64,000 nt of DNA from contig NW_027192202.1 in the NCBI RefSeq assembly GCF_041956535.1, positions 203,529-267,528 on the forward strand. The letters are read 5' to 3'. The notes below the pieces were generated by a model. The model saw only the letters and a list, made by a program, of their open reading frames with translations. It made no database searches and was not told the origin of the DNA. This stretch comes from Calcarisporiella thermophila CBS 279.70. Its lineage: Eukaryota > Fungi > Calcarisporiellomycota. Shown piece after piece: positions 15,747-27,699 of this stretch. Made by a program: the position numbers and the translations under genes. How positions within the stretch are numbered: the first letter of the stretch is position 1; each line of letters begins with the position of its first letter.

Positions 15747-15974
15747 CTCACAATTTACTCCCTCTAACTATTCCACTTATGAAAAAAAATGGTCCGGCTT
15801 TCAAGGCACGTTGGTTGTGGCTTGTCGGTTACAAAATTCCATTGCATTTCAAAGAACGCTCCCACATTCTTAGCAGGTGTAAAAATGAAAGCTATGAGCG
15901 AAAGGAAGGCACGTAGAGCAATATAAAAACCCTGGCCCACGACGTTACACATTCTCTCTTCCCTTTGTGTATCT

Positions 15975-16052
15975 ATACCCCCTTAACTATACCCCTCATT
16001 ATACCCTTTACGCTATACCCTCAGAGATACCCCGCCCACTATACCCGCAATG
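15975..16052 (+). repeat. Degenerate 26-bp tandem triplication with six ATACCC cores, ending at the start codon of the Cys-rich peptide gene
   Basis: ATACCC at 15975, 15989, 16001, 16015, 16027 and 16041 (spacing 14/12/14/12/14). Confidence 0.7.
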
Positions 16053-16535
16053 TATACTTCTCCGCTTATACTCTTAGGGTGTGCTGCTCTCGCCCTTGCA
16101 ATGCCATCGACTCCAATGAAACGACTTCTTGGGTCGCCAGATGCTGTTGGCCTGTTTGGACCGCCCGCAATATGCGATGCAGACTACAACTGTAAGGGAC
16201 AGATATGAACTTCCCTACTGATAGTCATGGTTGCTATAACTTTTTATCCTGATATGCGTAGGCGTACCGAATATCAGAAAGATGTGCGACCTGAGAGTTT
16301 GTAACGTGTTTCACGCAATTCCCTGTCCAGATGAGTGTGCAGATAGCTGTCTTCGTAAGACAGTTGATCCATGTTGCCCGGTATGTATCCTCTCCATTTC
16401 TACTAGACATGCCCACTTGCTAAATATTCTCATTATTAGGACAACAATGTTGCATATTGTCCTGATGATGTTTCACAAGAGGAAGATGAAAAACCAGCAA
16501 AGAAGTATCGTAAGAAAAAGGAGAAAGGATATTAG
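16050..16535 (+). CDS. Small secreted cysteine-rich protein, about 118 aa with 10 Cys after the signal peptide (exons 16050-16191, 16262-16380, 16440-16535)
   Basis: Signal peptide MYTSPLILLGCAALALA, KR site, then ICDADYNCVPNIRKMCDLRVCNVFHAIPCPDECADSCLRKTVDPCCPDNNVAYCP and an acidic then basic tail; both introns are canonical and keep the frame. Confidence 0.78.
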
Positions 16536-16761
16536 TAGAATTCTTATTATAAATAAACGGTTTATTTTTAATAAAAAAACCATTATCAATAGCCACCAAA
16601 AAAAAACCAGTCAAGCAAATAAAAAAAGTTTGAACAAGGAAGAAAATACACAGTATATAAAAGTATAGTTGAAAGCTCTAAAAGCAAGTGAATGAAGTGA
16701 ATTAAAAAGAGACGAGTATTCGAACTGTAGCTTTAACTTCCCTCCTACATTCTTACGCGTC

Positions 16762-17163
16762 TCAGCTGCTTGAATCTCCTATTGGTACACCGTAGACATA
16801 GGATGAATCGGATGAAGCTGCGAATCTTGATTCCGTCTTTGAATCGGTTGAGGGAGCGCCTTGCAAGTGTCGTAACTTTTCATTTTCTGATCTCAATTGA
16901 TTGATATACTCTGTTGCTAAAATGGGACAAAGTGGATTAGGAATGTCACTGAAGTGAAGGTGCAAGGAAATTGAAGACATGGCCTCAACTACTTCACCTT
17001 TTCGTAAGATGACCGCCTTAGAATCTGATGAATTGCATCCAGGGACAGATTGCCTCAACTCTTCGAAATTAATGTTAATCATATTTCGTCTTTTCTTTTC
17101 GGACATCACATGTGCTAGTCGACGCGAGTCGGGTGTTGGATAGGGGCTAGTTCGTTCTGCCAT
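16762..17163 (-). CDS. Small bHLH(-ZIP) transcription factor; intron 16917-16997
   Basis: RRLAHVMSEKKRRNMININFEELRQSVP..SKAVILRK|ATEYINQLRSENEKL; H-E-R basic residues typical of CACGTG binders. Confidence 0.88.
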   Translation of the reverse strand: MAERTSPYPTPDSRRLAHVMSEKKRRNMININFEELRQSVPGCNSSDSKAVILRKGEVVEAMSSISLHLHFSDIPNPLCPILATEYINQLRSENEKLRHLQGAPSTDSKTESRFAASSDSSYVYGVPIGDSSS

Positions 17164-17275
17164 GTTGTTGATTTGCCTTCAATGTACAATGAATAACTTG
17201 TTTAATTTCAAATGAAAAGTATAGGGGGGAGTTCAAAAATTGCAATGTGGACTTTACTCCCCAAAAAAATAGCGT

Positions 17276-17281
17276 CACGTG
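17276..17281. promoter_or_regulatory. E-box CACGTG upstream of the bHLH gene
   Basis: GTCACGTGG about 113 bp upstream of the bHLH ATG. Confidence 0.4.
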
Positions 17282-18238
17282 GCACTCTTACGATCTAGGG
17301 TAGGTTATTTTTCAATAAAAATCTTCATTACTAAACTCGGTCTATTTAAAACAAGAAGGGAGAGGATATAGTCACTGTAAACTATTAAATATAAATATTT
17401 TGCCTTCAAAATGGACAATCCAGTATCCGGATTCCCTGTGTCATTTTCATATGATTACTTTAAGAGATTTAATGAGTCTTAAAGAGAGCAACGATTACAC
17501 GACAAAAGTGGCACTCCGCATTGAATCTCAGTTAATCTAAGTTACAGCAATCGTGTTCACAAATACAGAAAAAGTACTCTTTATAAGGGCTATGAATCGA
17601 ATCTGATGCGATAAGATTATAAATGACTTGAATATTTTTCTGGCGCAAATACTACTATGTCCGGCTTAATAACGAAAGAGTCTTCATGGTATATGAAACT
17701 TTAAATTTAACAAGATTTTTATTTTGAAAGGCTGGAATATTTTAGTCCTAGTATTGCTTAGAAATATTTAAACCATCTTTTTACATCACGATTTTAATCA
17801 TTGAGTATAGGTTGGAACTATAAATTGAGCTTGTAGTTGCAATTTTAAATTTTAAATTTTATTACGCCCTCCACTATCTATCTACATATCTATGAGGGTG
17901 TCAAGAAGAGTCAAGGAAGAGAAAGAGGATCTCTAAAGGTTGCTTTGAGATCACAAGAGCGCGAAAAAAAAAGGACACTGTATTCATCAGTGAATATTGA
18001 TCCTATTTTTGCATATCCTATTTGTCTGAAAATATAATCAGTATATCGTCAAAGCATGAAAAGTAAACAAGATTCGAAGCCAACTAAGGGCGAATGTAAT
18101 AAGCGTATCTTCACCCTATTAGAATAGCCACCGATGTAAAAGATCGAAAAACTCTCATTAGCATATCAGCAATTGAGCTAAAAGTATATCTTAGATTATC
18201 TAAGTGTAATTTGAGGACTATACTCAAGGTACTCAAGG

Positions 18239-18278
18239 TAACTTTTGCTCAAATGTAGTGACATTTGAGCAAAAGTTA
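18239..18278. repeat. Perfect 18-bp inverted repeat with 4-nt spacer
   Basis: TAACTTTTGCTCAAATGT-AGTG-ACATTTGAGCAAAAGTTA, preceded by tandem TACTCAAGG x2. Confidence 0.9.
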
Positions 18279-18624
18279 GGGAATGCTTATTTCATTGCTA
18301 TTGTTGAGCTCACCCAATAGAGTTCCATTATAAGCACAACATATTCTATTTGTATTCAGTCTTATCACAAGAGCTAAATAAGACAAAATCAAATAAAAGA
18401 AATGAAGGGTGAAGAAAAGTAAATCTTTATACAATCAAGAAAATAGAAAAAAAAAAAAATGCAAAGAGCCGATAGATTAAGCCAAAAAAAGTATCCCATC
18501 TCTTGAGAAAAAAGGAAAAAAAACATATCTCAACTATTAACAAACAAAAAAAAAAGATTGAAAAATGATCAACTAAGAAATTTTAATATATAAAAGAGAA
18601 AAATAGTAAAAAAAAAATGTGGCT

Positions 18625-21098
18625 CTACCATCCTTGGCGCTGTAACGTTCCTCCATGAACACCCTTCCCATGAGCTACGCCGCCCACACCGTTAGCTGCT
18701 CGTGCTAATCCATTCATCATGGCCACAGCAGCAGCAGCCGAGACATGCCCATTCAGATTGCGTCCCGCAGCAAGGGGAGATGCAGCGAGAGCATTGGACG
18801 GAAGCGCTAGACCAGTCGAGGTCAACTGAACGCGGTTGCCGACTGCGCTTGTGGCGTTGCCCGATCCTGCTGAAGTAGTGGGGGTCATTGTATGGGGTGA
18901 TGACTGTGGCGTTGCGGAAGTCTTCTGCCGCTTTGTTGCCGGGACACCGTTGGCCATTCCACTCGGTATCCTGGGCGATGCATTAGAAACTCCATTTGTG
19001 CCATTGGCAGAGGAACTCGTTGAGTTAACGCTTTGTTGCAGAGGCAATGCTAGTTCAACTGCCCAGTTCCTCTGCACTCCACCTGTGCCATTGACACCGG
19101 CTACAGAAGATGACTGTTGCTGTTGCTGAGAGTGTCCTACTTTTGAAGGCGGGATACCACGTCTTATTCCAGACTGCGTAGCTCCCCCACGTGTCCCGGC
19201 CCCCACTGGTATCTGCTGTCCACCGGGTTTTCGTTGACCAGTGGGCGTGAACAAATGACTTGATCGCACTCCGGAATGCCCTCCTTCACCTCCAGAGCCA
19301 GTAGAGCTTGGATGGTATGTTGAACGGATCATCAAATTCCAGAGGTCCGCGTCATTAAGTAGCTTGCAACGTAGTCTAATTGCGCTTCGTTTCATGTCGT
19401 CTAGCACAATGGTATCCTCCCCTTCGCTCAGATCATTATCGAATTTGTATCGGTCAGCCCTTAGATCTGCAGCGCCATCCATGATGTCCACTGCCGGACT
19501 CCCGCACCGACGGTCCAAAAAGATGCGGCCACCACGTCCTACACGCTTACGGTACTTCCATGCTGGCTGTCCTCCATGGTGGTGGTGGTGGTGGTGGTGG
19601 TGATAATTTACAGAGGAATTTGCCGCAGACAACCGCTTGAAGTAAGTAAGGGGGTATGGTATCGGTAGCGGTTGGTAGGGATTCTGGGTAACATCCTCCC
19701 ATAACGCATTGCGTTCTCTGTACCTCGCCAATTCTCCTTCAATAAGAGCACGTTCCCGCGCCGCCGCCATCGCCGCCGCCATACTCGCGCTCATGCCCGG
19801 AGTAGCAGAAGTGGGACTTGGCTCTGCGCTTCCACTTCGAATTTTCCCAAGTGGAATCTTCAGAGTTGCACTCGATACTTCGGACAACGCAGAAACCTTC
19901 CTTTTCTTCTTTGCACGCAAAAATTCGTCATCCTCCTCGCGTATGCCCAGGCGACGCTGATAGAGCTTGAATTTACACTTTTGCTCGAAGATCATGTGTT
20001 CGATCACCAAAGATTCTTTTCGGTATTTCTCGCGGCGGCTGACCATCTCCAAAAGACTTCGGGCCGTTTCCATCTCGTGACGGAGGCGGCGGAGTTTGTC
20101 CAGAGCCTGATTGTCGCGGCCGCGAGTCTTACGCATTGGGCGGGTCTCGCGCCGGCGGAAGCACAAATATGGATCTGCTTCATTACGGAGGGTATCTTCC
20201 ATACGTAACTGAGGCATTATTTGCTTGCCTCCTCGCTTGGTACGTCTCTCTTTCCAATGTGGGTAAATGTGACGAGCAAATACGCGAAGCCGATTAAGCT
20301 GTCCACCAACAAAGGTTGATTCGAGATCCTCTAGCGTAGGAATTTGGGTCACATCCTGTCAAGGATCAAAGATAGATAAAGGGTCAGACACACTAGGTAG
20401 AAACGGGCGCATATAGGTTGCATCAAGATACACTACCATACTCAAGAAGGGCACCTTTTCATTAGTTGCTTTCTCAAGCTGCGACATGACAAGCTCGAAT
20501 TGATCCTCAGTCATACAAGCATCCTTTTTTGCACGCTTATTGTGTTCTACAAGCCATGCCTCGTCCTCCTCATCCATACAGTAAGGACATCCGACACAAT
20601 CTTCGACAGTGCTTGAGAAACGTATCAGCGTGGAAGGCATTGCAAAGGAATTTTTGTAGAGCGCATCATAATTTTCAATATGACGCGACGCATCTGGGGT
20701 AGGGATATAGAGCGGCGCACCCTCGCCTGTCGTCACCGCCGCCTGCTTAGCAGATATAGCCGCCTGCAGATGGTGCTCCTATAGTTTACAAAAAAGGAAA
20801 AGTTTAAGTTAGAAAAAAGTTTCAGAAATAAAATTGGTTCATGACTCATTGAAAAAAAAACAATAAAGCAACGCCCATCCAATCAGAAATCGCCACATGA
20901 TTTTTACAATAGTATAGTATATTATCTATTTACCTCCTCCTCCTCCTTATCGACGCCCGTCTCGACGAGAGGCACGGCACGCTTCAGCGAGTCTGCCTCG
21001 TCGAGGTCGGGAATGTCTGACTGACGGTATACTGGCAGAAGCTGCCGTGGTCCAAGCTTCTGCCGTCGAAATCGAGGTCCTGGCGGTGATTTAGTCAT
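18625..21098 (-). CDS. EPL1: Enhancer of polycomb-like protein 1 (NuA4 subunit), 3 exons
   Basis: RFRRQKLGPRQLLPVY..VETGVDKEEEE|EHHLQAAISA..YIPTPDA..IRFSSTVED..YCMDEED; DPYLCFRRRE; YRKRVGRGGRIFLDRR; His9 tract. Confidence 0.92.
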
Positions 21099-22357
21099 TG
21101 CTTTTTGTTCTCATTACAAAATCAGAAAAAAATTTTTATAAAATGTATCGTTACAACTATATGTTAGTGTGTAAAAATTAAAAAACTGGAGATACGGAAA
21201 ATGATCAATGAGAAGTGATGAAAAATAATAGTAGCAATGATGGCAATGTTTATTTTTTCCGACGCTGTCCAGTCGCTGCCTATCAGCCAACCCATAAAGT
21301 AAAAATTTGAGAAAAAATTGGGGCAAAATTGGTGGCTTAGCGGATCTTCCAAAATTCCACTTCAAAAAGTCTCGTAAAGAGACGACTTGATGCTATACAC
21401 TTTACGCTGGATAAACTTGGATCAAATAAAGAGGACCTCTATCCTTAGAAAAAAAAACTTTGGCCTGCCAACTTGGACACTTATTCTTTGCATTCCATCA
21501 TAAAACTCCTATAGTTTTTTCTTCTTTCACAGTGCGGCTTAGCTAAAAATATGATCGCTGTATGATGTATTACCCTCATAACGAGCTTCTTTCCAGTTGG
21601 ATATGTATGTTCTACTTTGTATAGCTCTCTGTGAAAATATTCATATCATGTAAACTAATAGAATAATGAGATAAAAACAATCAGCTTTCAATATAATAAA
21701 CATCCATATATTGAGAGTGCTTCCTTACCTTTACATCCACACGACTGAAAACGGCAACTAAATGCTATGCATACATCAAGAGAGAGGCAAAAAGCTGACA
21801 ATTTCGTAATTCAATTGTCATTAGAGCCCAAGGTCATTGTAAGCAAAATATTGAATTCGACCGAAGCACTGTTCTCTTCTCTCTTACTCCCTATTTCCCA
21901 TAGTATTTGCTAAGACTAGCTCGCCATTGTCTTGCTTTGTATTCTATAGAGAAAACTCGAATCTTTCGTAAAGTAACGGCAGTTAGAATTCACCCCATGG
22001 AGAACGATTTTTTTCTGGCTGAGCTGTGCTTTGACAACATATAATGTCTTTCAGTGAGGTATAAAAGTTGGCTGGAGTTTTTTTTAAAGAGATAGCATTA
22101 AAATTCTCAACTGTAGGATAAATTTTGTTGTGAAAAGAATGAAAGAAAGAACCAGGGAAAATACTTTGCACTCTTGAGAATGAAGTATACAGGTGTGACT
22201 GCTAATAGTTTGATATTACACCACCAACTACCCAATCCAAATCCAATCAGTAAAATTTATGGATAAGTTAGAAATGACAAAATCGAATTTAAAACAGTAT
22301 CAAAAGGAAGACACAAAGAAAAGGCGTGAAAGCTACACAACAATATCCACTTTATCA

Positions 22358-23368
22358 TTACAATTCTTCTGAATATTTTCGCTTCGACGCAGACTGCTCG
22401 ATGGTGGTGGGTTTATTGATAGATCTAGCACTCTGGTCAGAGGCATGATAATTACTCTTATCTACAATTGCGAAAATGTTAGTATTGAGAGTTGGGTCTG
22501 ATATTAAACCGGATTCAATACCAATAGGTTTTGGCTCTCTATCCTTTAGCTCTGGGTCATGTGTGGCGAGCACGGGGGTATTCCCGTTCGATAAAGAAAA
22601 ACTGGTGGACTCTGCGTGATGGGAGATGAAAGCTGCGAAATATCCGTTAATTCAAGTAGTAATTTGTAATAGAATATTTATTTGTTTACATTTTGTTTCC
22701 TCGATATTAGAAGTTGGCATGATAGACCTGTCGGCACCGTAAAATGGGATAATAACATGTTCGTATACCCGCCTATTCACCGCTTTATAAAAATATACAA
22801 GGCGCTTTACAACAGCTCTTCCAGCGGCTTCTATTAGCCTTGGTGCCGCCGCTCCCATGTTGATTTGACCACCCCTCTCTTTTATATTCTCTTCCCCGAA
22901 TACTATGTTTATTTCTCGCTCCGCATTCTCAACTGAATCACTACCGTGTGCTGCATTCCAACTACCATCCTTGCCAAATTTAGCTCTAACACTCTGAGGT
23001 TTCTCTTTTCGAGCTCTCTCGGAGTTCGTGGGCCCAAGCATATCTCTCCAAGCTTTGATAGCATTGGGACCCCTAAGCTCCATTGCATATATGGGTGTGC
23101 TACTCATCCATTGTGTTAACTCATCGTAGAATGGTTTATCTTGATGCTCGCGGTAGAATTCTCGTGCCTGAGCTAGTGAAAGTTTGACCTCTTTTTGGCG
23201 ATGGACATTCAGAGCAGAAGCGCTGAGGAGAAAAAGAATAGCGTCTTTGTGCTGAGGATATGCGTCAGGTTTAATAATAGCCAGAGTGCGCTGGTAAGCA
23301 TTGGTTTTGCGAAGAGGTGCAGTTGAATAAGATGGGGTATCTACTTCGTGACTATTCTGTGAAAACAT
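22358..23368 (-). CDS. Nucleoside diphosphate kinase-domain protein, group II NME-like, with C-terminal extension (intron 22633-22689); may extend 5' to ATG 23595
   Basis: RTLAIIKPDA, FYREHQDKPFY, WRDMLGPTNS, SVRAKFGKD..NAAHGSDS..AEREI with the catalytic His present; a phase-1 intron joins it to ORF 22358-22573. Confidence 0.85.
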
Positions 23369-23908
23369 TTGCTAATTAATACAGGCAAAAAAAATGTGAT
23401 GCTAGCATCCATGGTGAGCAGAGGTATTTACACCACCTCAGCAACGGCACACCGACAAATTCTCTGCTTCAGAACCTCCTGGATCGCATTCGGAAAAAAT
23501 GAATGCGGGATATTAGCACAAAAATACTCTCTGACCGCCGGAGAGGCTGTGTGTAGCACTAAGAGCAGAATCAAAAGGAACAGGGTGCCCTTCATTTTTC
23601 CTATTCTTATACACAAACCATCAGACACGTATTCTCAAAAATTTAATTATACAATGATAGATTTCGGAACGATCTCGCAAACCAGCCACAGCACCATTCT
23701 GGTATTTAGTCTTTTATTACAAATAGAATGGAAAATAACAGAAAACAATAAAAGGAAACAATAGACAACTTCTTGCAAAACCAAAGCTAAGAAATGATAA
23801 TAAAAGGCATAAGTATTTCAATATCATAGGACTAATAAATAAAGAGAGGAAAACAATGAGCTAGAGGATGGCCAAAAAAGGAAAGGAAACAGCCATGAGA
23901 TATGAAAA

Positions 23909-25070
23909 CTATAGTGAATTGTCCATAAGCCCATATTCTGCCAACGGCGAAAAAATTTGCAATCCCAATGATAATCCTTCATCTCCGACTCCCTCCTGCT
24001 CCCTACCCTCAGCTTCTAATCGTTCCCGTTCATTCCCACGATGTTCAACACGCTGAGATATAGGTGGCAAAAAGGCCATATCACCACCTGTTCTAACCGA
24101 GATTTCGGGCAAGAGACCGGCATTACTGAGATTTGCAGAGGACGACGGGCGTCGTCTCCTACCCCCTCCATTATTATTTAAAAGGATGGAGCGTTCGAAT
24201 CCAGGTGCCATCCGCACTCCGCGTCTGTCTGCCAGGCTTCTTTCTGTATCCCTCCCTAACCCAGACCCGCCATCAAGTCCTCCAGCACCCAGCAAACCCC
24301 GCAAAGGACCACGGCGGGCAGCTAAGCGCTCAAACAAACGATCTGATAGGCGATCTCCCCCGGAAGAGTGCGCCGCATGGGTAGGAGGAGAATACGGTGG
24401 TGTTTCTTCTGATGCTGTTGCGCCACCACCTCCACCCCCAATATCCGGGAAAGGTGAGAATGGTCTCGCAAACCCATCATTTGCTCCTCCGGCACGCGAA
24501 GACATAGGCCATGCATCAATCATGATGTCGATATCCCCGACACCACGGGCGTTATCGCCAGTGGAGTTATCCAATACCAATTCTCCTCCATTGGCCACAG
24601 CAACTGTAGCAAGCGTTTGAAGAAGGGGCATTGTGCTTGCGGATACATGGTTCGCACGACTGCGCAACCGATGATACGAGGAAGATGTGTTTGAGCTAGG
24701 ATATGGTGCTTGTGAAGATTGGCGACCACGTTTCTGCTTCTGAGCAGTCTCCTAATTGGTTAAGAAAAAAATTAAAAAACAAATAGCCGCGACTTCAGAG
24801 ATAAAGAATTACCTTGATAATTATCTCGAATAGCTTGCGCACACATTTATCATTCACATCCAACATATCCGCAAACTGGTCGAACGTAAGTATGTTATCG
24901 CCCTTTATATTATAATTTTGGAGAGAATATATTCGTAACTCTAATTAAAGCAATAAAAGCTCCCGGTTATTTACCTCCTCCCTCTTGCCCTTCTCATTCA
25001 CCGCATCAAACAGGCGTCTAAACTTATGGTTCAGCGTGTCATCAAATTTTTCATGGTGCCATTTGCCCAT
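23909..25070 (-). CDS. Uncharacterised protein: small helical N-domain plus long Gly/Arg/Ser-rich disordered region, 3 exons
   Basis: MGKWHHEKFDDTLNHKFRRLFDAV..|GDNILTFDQFADMLDVNDKCVRKLFEIIIK| splices in frame to ORF 23909-24667 through canonical introns. Confidence 0.65.
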
Positions 25071-26436
25071 AGTATCGGCTAGCTACTTTTGCTAAAAAGA
25101 GGGGAGAAGGAAACGAGGGAGAGAGAGGGATTTGGTGAAGTAAAGTAAATCAGAAGTACAAATCGCTCAGAGACACATGTGAATAGTGAGGTTCATTAAT
25201 TAAAGAACTGTGTGTATAAGTTGAAAGGTTGATCAGAAAATGTTCAACTATTTTCGAAGTTGAAGTCCGTCTCAAAAAAATTCTTAGCGGATAAACAAAG
25301 AGAAAAAAATATCCAATTTTCCCGCTGCGCCTTCGGTGATAAGGATACTACTGATATTAAAATTATCCTATTTTCCTTTATAATATAGAAAATAAAACCA
25401 ATCTCAATTACCGATATGGATAACTTCATGGGAGTAGAGTCGCTTTGTTTAAAATTTTACATATATACACATGTGGTAGAGGTTGGAATATGGGTTTAAT
25501 TGGGTTATCATAATTGCACGAATACTAAATAAAGCCTTAAAATATTTAAAATATAATTATATATATACTGTATATTAACCATATACCTGTTCAATCTATC
25601 TGTCATAGTGTCAGCTTGAAGTGAGAAATTTCATCGGATCCTTCATCGTGCATACACAATAAGTAATACTTAAATGCAAGGGAACAGAGCTGCATTCATG
25701 TGAATAAATCGAACATAGTCATACTAGCTATCTATGTGTATATTATCACTGTTTCCATCTGTTTTTATTTTGTTCTCTACCCTTATCAAACTACTACTCT
25801 GTAATCATCCATTTACTGCCTATACTCTGGTTTATTGCCATAAAAATTCCCGTTTAAATTTCTGGAGGTCACATTCGATTGAGGTGACACCTGGTCACTA
25901 TCATCGAATCGTATAGGTGAAAGACTAGTTCACAAAATGGCTTAGGCGGCAAACATTTTCAGTGCTCCACAAGGCTTAAAGTGGTGCTCTATGGGATGTC
26001 TTGCCTATCGCGAAAACTATTATCTTTGGTATGGGCGAAGGAAAGCTTAACAACAGGCGTTAAATTTGAGAATAGATTAAAACTCTTTAGGAACAAGACA
26101 GCAAATTGCATATGGGAAAGACAAATTCCTGATTTAAGCGTTAGAAACATTATCCTATATGATTTTTAATATGGCATCATGTAAGACTCGAGGGATGCCA
26201 CGCACTCTGCAGTTTAAAGCAGGGGAACTTGGGGTCAATGAAGCGTTAGAGAGATCTTTTACTGATGAGTTGATTTGCATAATATTCTAGTATCTTCTTC
26301 TACATATCAAGACAACAGATATAATCAAAATCCGATTTTTATCAATTAGTACTATTATGTTACAAAAGTGGATAAGGATTACAACTTTCAATTGTAAATA
26401 TGTTTCTGCAGCCATAAAAACCCGAGGGAAAAAAGT

Positions 26437-27699
26437 TTACTCGCGCTCAAAAATAGCCGCCATACCCATTCCAGTGCCAATACACATCGTGTTGGCACCA
26501 AGTCGTTTCCCGGTACGCTTCAGCTCGGTAAATAGGGTGCTAATTTGACGTGCTCCGGTGCATCCAAGAGGATGGCCGAGTGCAATTGCACCACCCTTGG
26601 GATTAACTTTGTCCAAAGAGAGGCCAACCTTCTCGATGGTATAAACTGCCTGGGAAGCAAAGGCTTCGTTCAACTCCACAATATCAAGGTCGGAGGGTTT
26701 GATTCCTGCCTTTTCGCATGCAATGGGCAGAGCGAAGGCTGGACCAATTCCCATGACGCGCGGAGGCACACCGACCACGGCTGCAGTAACGAATTTGCCA
26801 AGGATAGGCATGTTAAGTTTCTCGGCGACGCTACGGCGCATCAAAAGTACAGCGGCAGCGCCATCAGATACTTGCGAAGCATTGCCTGCGGTAGTGGATC
26901 CTCCATCGCCGAAAGCAGCGGGAAGTTTGGCAAGTTTTTCAGCAGTGACACCTTTGCGAACACCCTCGTCCTTGCTCACCACAATCTCTTTTTCATTACC
27001 CTCAGCATCGACAACCTTGGTCTTGATTGGAACAATTTCCTCATCAAATAGCCCCTTCTCTTGTGCAGCAAACGCACGCTGTTGCGATAGAGCAGCAAAC
27101 GCATCCTGTTTCTCACGAGAAATTTTGAATTCAGCAGCAACATTCTCGCTTGTCTCGCCCATAGGAATAAGACAGTCGGCCGCGGGTTCGAATGACGTAA
27201 GTTCATCCGAGTATTCGGCTTGCATTGCAGTAGGGCCATAGTATTTTGTCATTGATTCCATACCAGCGCCGATGCCAATATCAATTTGTCCAGTAGAAAT
27301 CGAGTTCGCAATATTCACGACGGCTTGAAGGCCTGATGAGCATTGACGGTTGATAGTACTAACGGATGTCGTGTCAGGGAAACCAGCATACAACACCGCT
27401 TGACGGCTGACAGTGGCGGCACCACCAGGGGTGAGGACATTTCCAACAGAAACGTCCTGCACCAGCTTCGGATCAAGTTTAGTCTTCTCAATAATGGCTT
27501 TGAGCACTTGTGCAAGAATCTCCTCGGGGAGCGTATCCTTGAATCCACCCTTTTTTGCACGAGCAATAGGTGAGCGGAGGGCGCACACAATCACAACATC
27601 ATTAGGAGATTTCTGGCCAATTTTGGCAGATTGGGAAACAGCTGATGTGGGGGCAGTGGTAAGATGAGCTGTAATCTGATTAAGGCGTTGAGTGGCCAT
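26437..27699 (-). CDS. POT1: Peroxisomal 3-ketoacyl-CoA thiolase, intronless
   Basis: PTS2 RLNQITAHL; [10 protein letters not shown] (catalytic Cys), NEAFA, GHPLG, CIGTGMG. Confidence 0.95.
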   Translation of the reverse strand: MATQRLNQITAHLTTAPTSAVSQSAKIGQKSPNDVVIVCALRSPIARAKKGGFKDTLPEEILAQVLKAIIEKTKLDPKLVQDVSVGNVLTPGGAATVSRQAVLYAGFPDTTSVSTINRQCSSGLQAVVNIANSISTGQIDIGIGAGMESMTKYYGPTAMQAEYSDELTSFEPAADCLIPMGETSENVAAEFKISREKQDAFAALSQQRAFAAQEKGLFDEEIVPIKTKVVDAEGNEKEIVVSKDEGVRKGVTAEKLAKLPAAFGDGGSTTAGNASQVSDGAAAVLLMRRSVAEKLNMPILGKFVTAAVVGVPPRVMGIGPAFALPIACEKAGIKPSDLDIVELNEAFASQAVYTIEKVGLSLDKVNPKGGAIALGHPLGCTGARQISTLFTELKRTGKRLGANTMCIGTGMGMAAIFERE

